From sequence record SRR20825010_2976: a DNA stretch of 60,104 nt, one strand, 5' to 3'. Shown here piece after piece: positions 57,305-60,104 of the stretch. Position 1 is the stretch's first letter. Each line of letters begins with the position of its first letter. The position numbers and the translations under genes are program-made. Below the pieces are notes generated by a model. The model saw only the letters and a program-made list of their open reading frames with translations. It made no database searches and had not been told where the DNA came from.

Positions 57305-57910
57305 CTATTTGCACTGCCGCAACATGGCCCAATGTCGTACCGAGGTCCCGGGGATCTCATCTTCATGCACGACCTCAAAACCGAACCGTTGATACAGGGA
57401 CACATTGTTCGGGTTATGGGTATCCAGATAGCAGGGCAGGCCTTGCTCATCCAGTCGATCCAGAGAGGGCTGTAACAGCGGTGTCGATAGCCCGCGCCCC
57501 TGTTGCGACGGATCGATGCCGAGTAGCAGCAGGTATGCATGAGGCGCATTGATAGCACGGTGGTGTACCGCCTGCATGGCCTCGCCTGCTTGCATCTGGC
57601 GTTTCATCGCGCCGAGGCCTTGCTTGAGCATGGCGCGCACCGCGCCGAAGCGCAGCATATCGGCCACGCTGTGCCGCAGGGCTGACGATGGCAGCCAGAC
57701 AGCGGCGCCATCCTGCGGTTGCTGGGCGGTGTGTACCTGACCGTTTTGGCTGGCATGGGCCACCAGAAAACGGAAAGTGTAGTACGCCCGCGCTTCACGT
57801 TGCGACGGGTTCGGGAAGAAGTAGACAAAGAGGGGGTCGTGGAAAAAGGCCCGGCTGAACATGTGGGCGATGTCGTTGAGGGGCGGTTGTGTCGTTGTCA
57901 TGTAAGGCAT
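57305..57910 (-). CDS. GNAT-family N-acetyltransferase
   Basis: AFFHDP, YLLLLGIDPSQQGRGL, CYLDT..NVSLYQRFGF. Confidence 0.9.
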   Translation of the reverse strand: MPYMTTTQPPLNDIAHMFSRAFFHDPLFVYFFPNPSQREARAYYTFRFLVAHASQNGQVHTAQQPQDGAAVWLPSSALRHSVADMLRFGAVRAMLKQGLGAMKRQMQAGEAMQAVHHRAINAPHAYLLLLGIDPSQQGRGLSTPLLQPSLDRLDEQGLPCYLDTHNPNNVSLYQRFGFEVVHEDEIPGTSVRHWAMLRQCK

Positions 57911-58077
57911 CCGGCTGCGTCATGGAGGAGCATACCGGAAAAAACGGGACGGAATGGTTAAGTTCCTATGGGAAAGTAAGAGAAGGCTTACAGACGAAGT
58001 TTGACGTTGTGGTCATAATTTGACCTCTTGCTAGGTAGAATTTCCGAATTAAAAACTGCGTATCAATTCTTATCCCG

Positions 58078-58201
58078 GTAGGGCAGGTGTTTATCTCAGG
58101 TGATAGAGGGTGCATTTGCACCTTGTCTGAAAATTAACACAGCGAACTCGAATACTGCTGCTGGTTCCTCGTTTTCCCCGGCCTTGGCCGGGGTTTTTGT
58201 T
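58078..58201 (+). ncRNA. Candidate small RNA (orphan terminator with upstream hairpins)
   Basis: Terminator ccccggcc-tt-ggccgggg-tttttgtt (58176-58201) in a divergent gap where no plus-strand gene ends; the 5' end is a guess. Confidence 0.35.
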
Positions 58202-58344
58202 ATCCGGCATGCTTCCTCTGTTTTACCCTTCGACCTTTTCATAATATCCAGAGCGAGCCCCGCGATTTGGCTCTCACGTTTTTCTGTTGTGGGCTATGCT
58301 AGCGTCTATCTGCTGATCTGATAGCATAATCCGACGGAGATTCC

Positions 58345-58767
58345 ATGGTTAACCCAAAACAACAATGGCTGCAGGCCTTCACCGGTGGTTTTCTCGCCAC
58401 TCTGCTTTTTCATCAGGGCGTGCTGGCGCTGTTCTGGCTGGGCGGTCTTATCCCTGCCTTTCCATGGAACATGACCCCGGTGCCGCCACTGGGTGTGCCT
58501 CAAGTGATTTCCCTGGCCTTCTGGGGTGGTGTGTGGGGCTTGCCGGTGTGGTGGATTATCCGCCGTTGGCAGGGGATGAAATTCTGGCTCAGCGCCATGG
58601 TCATCGGTGCCATCGGTCCGACCCTGGTCGCCATGCTGCTGGTCTTTCCCATGAAAGGCCTGGATGTGAATGCCACCAAAGTGGTGGGTGGTCTGATCGT
58701 CAATGCTGCCTGGGGGCTGGGGCTGGCCGTCTGGATGCAGTTCAACCGGGCGCGGTGGAACAGCTGA
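58345..58767 (+). CDS. Hypothetical integral membrane protein
   Basis: GFLATLLFHQG, PVPPLGVP..SLAFWGGVWG; about 4 TM helices. Confidence 0.78.
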   Translation: MVNPKQQWLQAFTGGFLATLLFHQGVLALFWLGGLIPAFPWNMTPVPPLGVPQVISLAFWGGVWGLPVWWIIRRWQGMKFWLSAMVIGAIGPTLVAMLLVFPMKGLDVNATKVVGGLIVNAAWGLGLAVWMQFNRARWNS

Positions 58768-58882
58768 CCCCGTTTGCAGGGCTGTCCGCCAGGTAGTGAC
58801 GCCAAATGGCGCGAACAGCCCTAGTCGTTCTGTCCCTCCATCGTGGTAGCGTTAGCCCTCTTTTTTATGGCAGGAGCCAAGC

Positions 58883-59947
58883 ATGCCCAGTAACACCCAT
58901 ACCGTGATGATTACCGGCGCCTCCGGCTATATAGCAGGCTGGATCGTCAAACTCCTGCTGGAAGCGGGTCACACCGTGCATGCCACCGTTCGTGACCCGA
59001 ACAAGGCCAGCAGTGTGGCCCACCTCAACGCCATCGCCGACAAGACGCCCGGCACCCTGAAGCTGTTCAAGGCAGATTTGCTGGATGCGGACAGTTTCGA
59101 TGCGCCCATGCAGGGTTGCGATATCCTCATGCACACCGCCTCGCCGTTCGTGCTGGAGGGCTTTACCGATGCCCATGAAGCGCTGGTACGCCCGGCCGTG
59201 GAAGGCACCCGCAATGTGCTGAATGCCGCTAATCGCTGCGACACTCTCAAGCGGGTGGTGCTCACCAGCAGCGTGGCGTCCGTGTACGGTGACGCCACCG
59301 ACATGAAAGGCAAGAGCGCCTTCACGGAAGCGGACTGGAACCGCACCAGCAGCGTTGACCACAACCCGTATCAATATTCCAAGGTGGCTGCCGAGCGTGA
59401 AGCCTGGAAAATTCATGATGCCCAGAGCGGCGATGCTGCCAGCCGTTGGGATCTGGTCACCATCAACCCGGGCATGGTGTATGGCCCGTCACTCACCAAC
59501 GCCAGCAACTCCGCCAGTATCGGCACCCTGTTGGACATGGGGCGCGGCAAGCTGCGTACCGGTGTGCCGGACCTGGAATACGGCATGGTGGATGTGCGTG
59601 AAGTGGCTCAGGCGCATCTGTTGGGCGCCTTTAATCAGGATGCCGAAGGCCGCTATATTCTGGTTAGCGAGTCGGTCACCATGCTCGACATCGCCGCCAT
59701 TCTGCGCAAGCAATTTGGCCGCAAGTATCCCTTCCCGATGATGAAGGTGCCCAAGCCGGTAGTCTGGGCGGTCGGCCCATTCATGGGCCCGGTGACCCGC
59801 AAGTTCATCAGTCGTAACGTGGGTTACCCGCTGCGCTTCGATAACAGCCGCAGCAAAGCGCTGGGTGTGAACTACCGCGCAGCCAGCGAGACCCTCAAAG
59901 ACCACTTTGAGCAGGTGCTGGAAGATGGCCTGGTGCGGCGGCGTTGA
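58883..59947 (+). CDS. NAD-dependent epimerase/dehydratase (dihydroflavonol/aldehyde reductase-like SDR)
   Basis: TGASGYIA, HATVRD, HTASPF, VLTSSVA, YQYSK, INPG. Confidence 0.92.
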   Translation: MPSNTHTVMITGASGYIAGWIVKLLLEAGHTVHATVRDPNKASSVAHLNAIADKTPGTLKLFKADLLDADSFDAPMQGCDILMHTASPFVLEGFTDAHEALVRPAVEGTRNVLNAANRCDTLKRVVLTSSVASVYGDATDMKGKSAFTEADWNRTSSVDHNPYQYSKVAAEREAWKIHDAQSGDAASRWDLVTINPGMVYGPSLTNASNSASIGTLLDMGRGKLRTGVPDLEYGMVDVREVAQAHLLGAFNQDAEGRYILVSESVTMLDIAAILRKQFGRKYPFPMMKVPKPVVWAVGPFMGPVTRKFISRNVGYPLRFDNSRSKALGVNYRAASETLKDHFEQVLEDGLVRRR

Positions 59948-60104
59948 GGAACCTCTGAATAACTCCTTGCGTGCTCAGCGTGACCTTAAGCGTGCAGCTG
60001 TTGTGCCTTGTCTCGACAGACAGGGTGGTTCCCTTTCTTAGAGGCAAGGCGCAGCAGATGTGCGCTTAAGGCCGCGCCCTCCGGGTCTTCCAAGCTGGCC
60101 CGCA
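59948..60104. mobile_element. Putative MITE-like structured repeat, truncated by the window end
   Basis: Starts GGAACCTCTGAATAA directly after the stop codon; 37-bp imperfect hairpin 59978-60014/60041-60077. Confidence 0.5.

Noticed and set aside
58100..58321. 73-aa ORF in the GNAT/membrane-protein gap
   Set aside because: Reads through an intrinsic terminator, atypical composition, no motifs

Overview
A GC-rich, gene-dense chromosomal window from a gammaproteobacterium. Its gene content (fadH, paired acyl-CoA dehydrogenases, cti, lipase plus foldase, Pseudomonas-like Zur and Fur regulons) suggests an Alcanivorax-like lipid/hydrocarbon degrader; this is an inference. About 55 CDS were called. 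No rRNA, tRNA, CRISPR array, prophage or transposase was seen. Main modules: (1) a BqsPQRS/CarRS-like PepSY-PepSY-regulator-kinase operon with 11-bp-phased TTCAG boxes; (2) TetR plus an orphan molybdopterin oxidoreductase divergent from fadH; (3) an OYE/ArsR/membrane-protein module with twin operators; (4) a FadE24/FadE23-like ACAD pair and cti; (5) hsp20, dodecin and deaD; (6) a Fur-boxed iron module (PepSY-TM, DUF2271, DUF4198 divergent from a PfeRS-like pair and a TonB receptor); (7) a SoxR-boxed MFS pump; (8) lipA divergent from tetR-lif; (9) a 12-gene zinc-starvation island centred on a Zur box; (10) a Liv-type ABC operon with an embedded acyl-CoA synthetase and a lipoprotein binding protein. 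Non-coding signals include dispersed heptamer-repeat/hairpin elements, an orphan terminated sRNA candidate near 58.1 kb and a G-U-biased 37-bp hairpin element with an IS-like end at the right edge. All family assignments come from motif recognition, not database searches.
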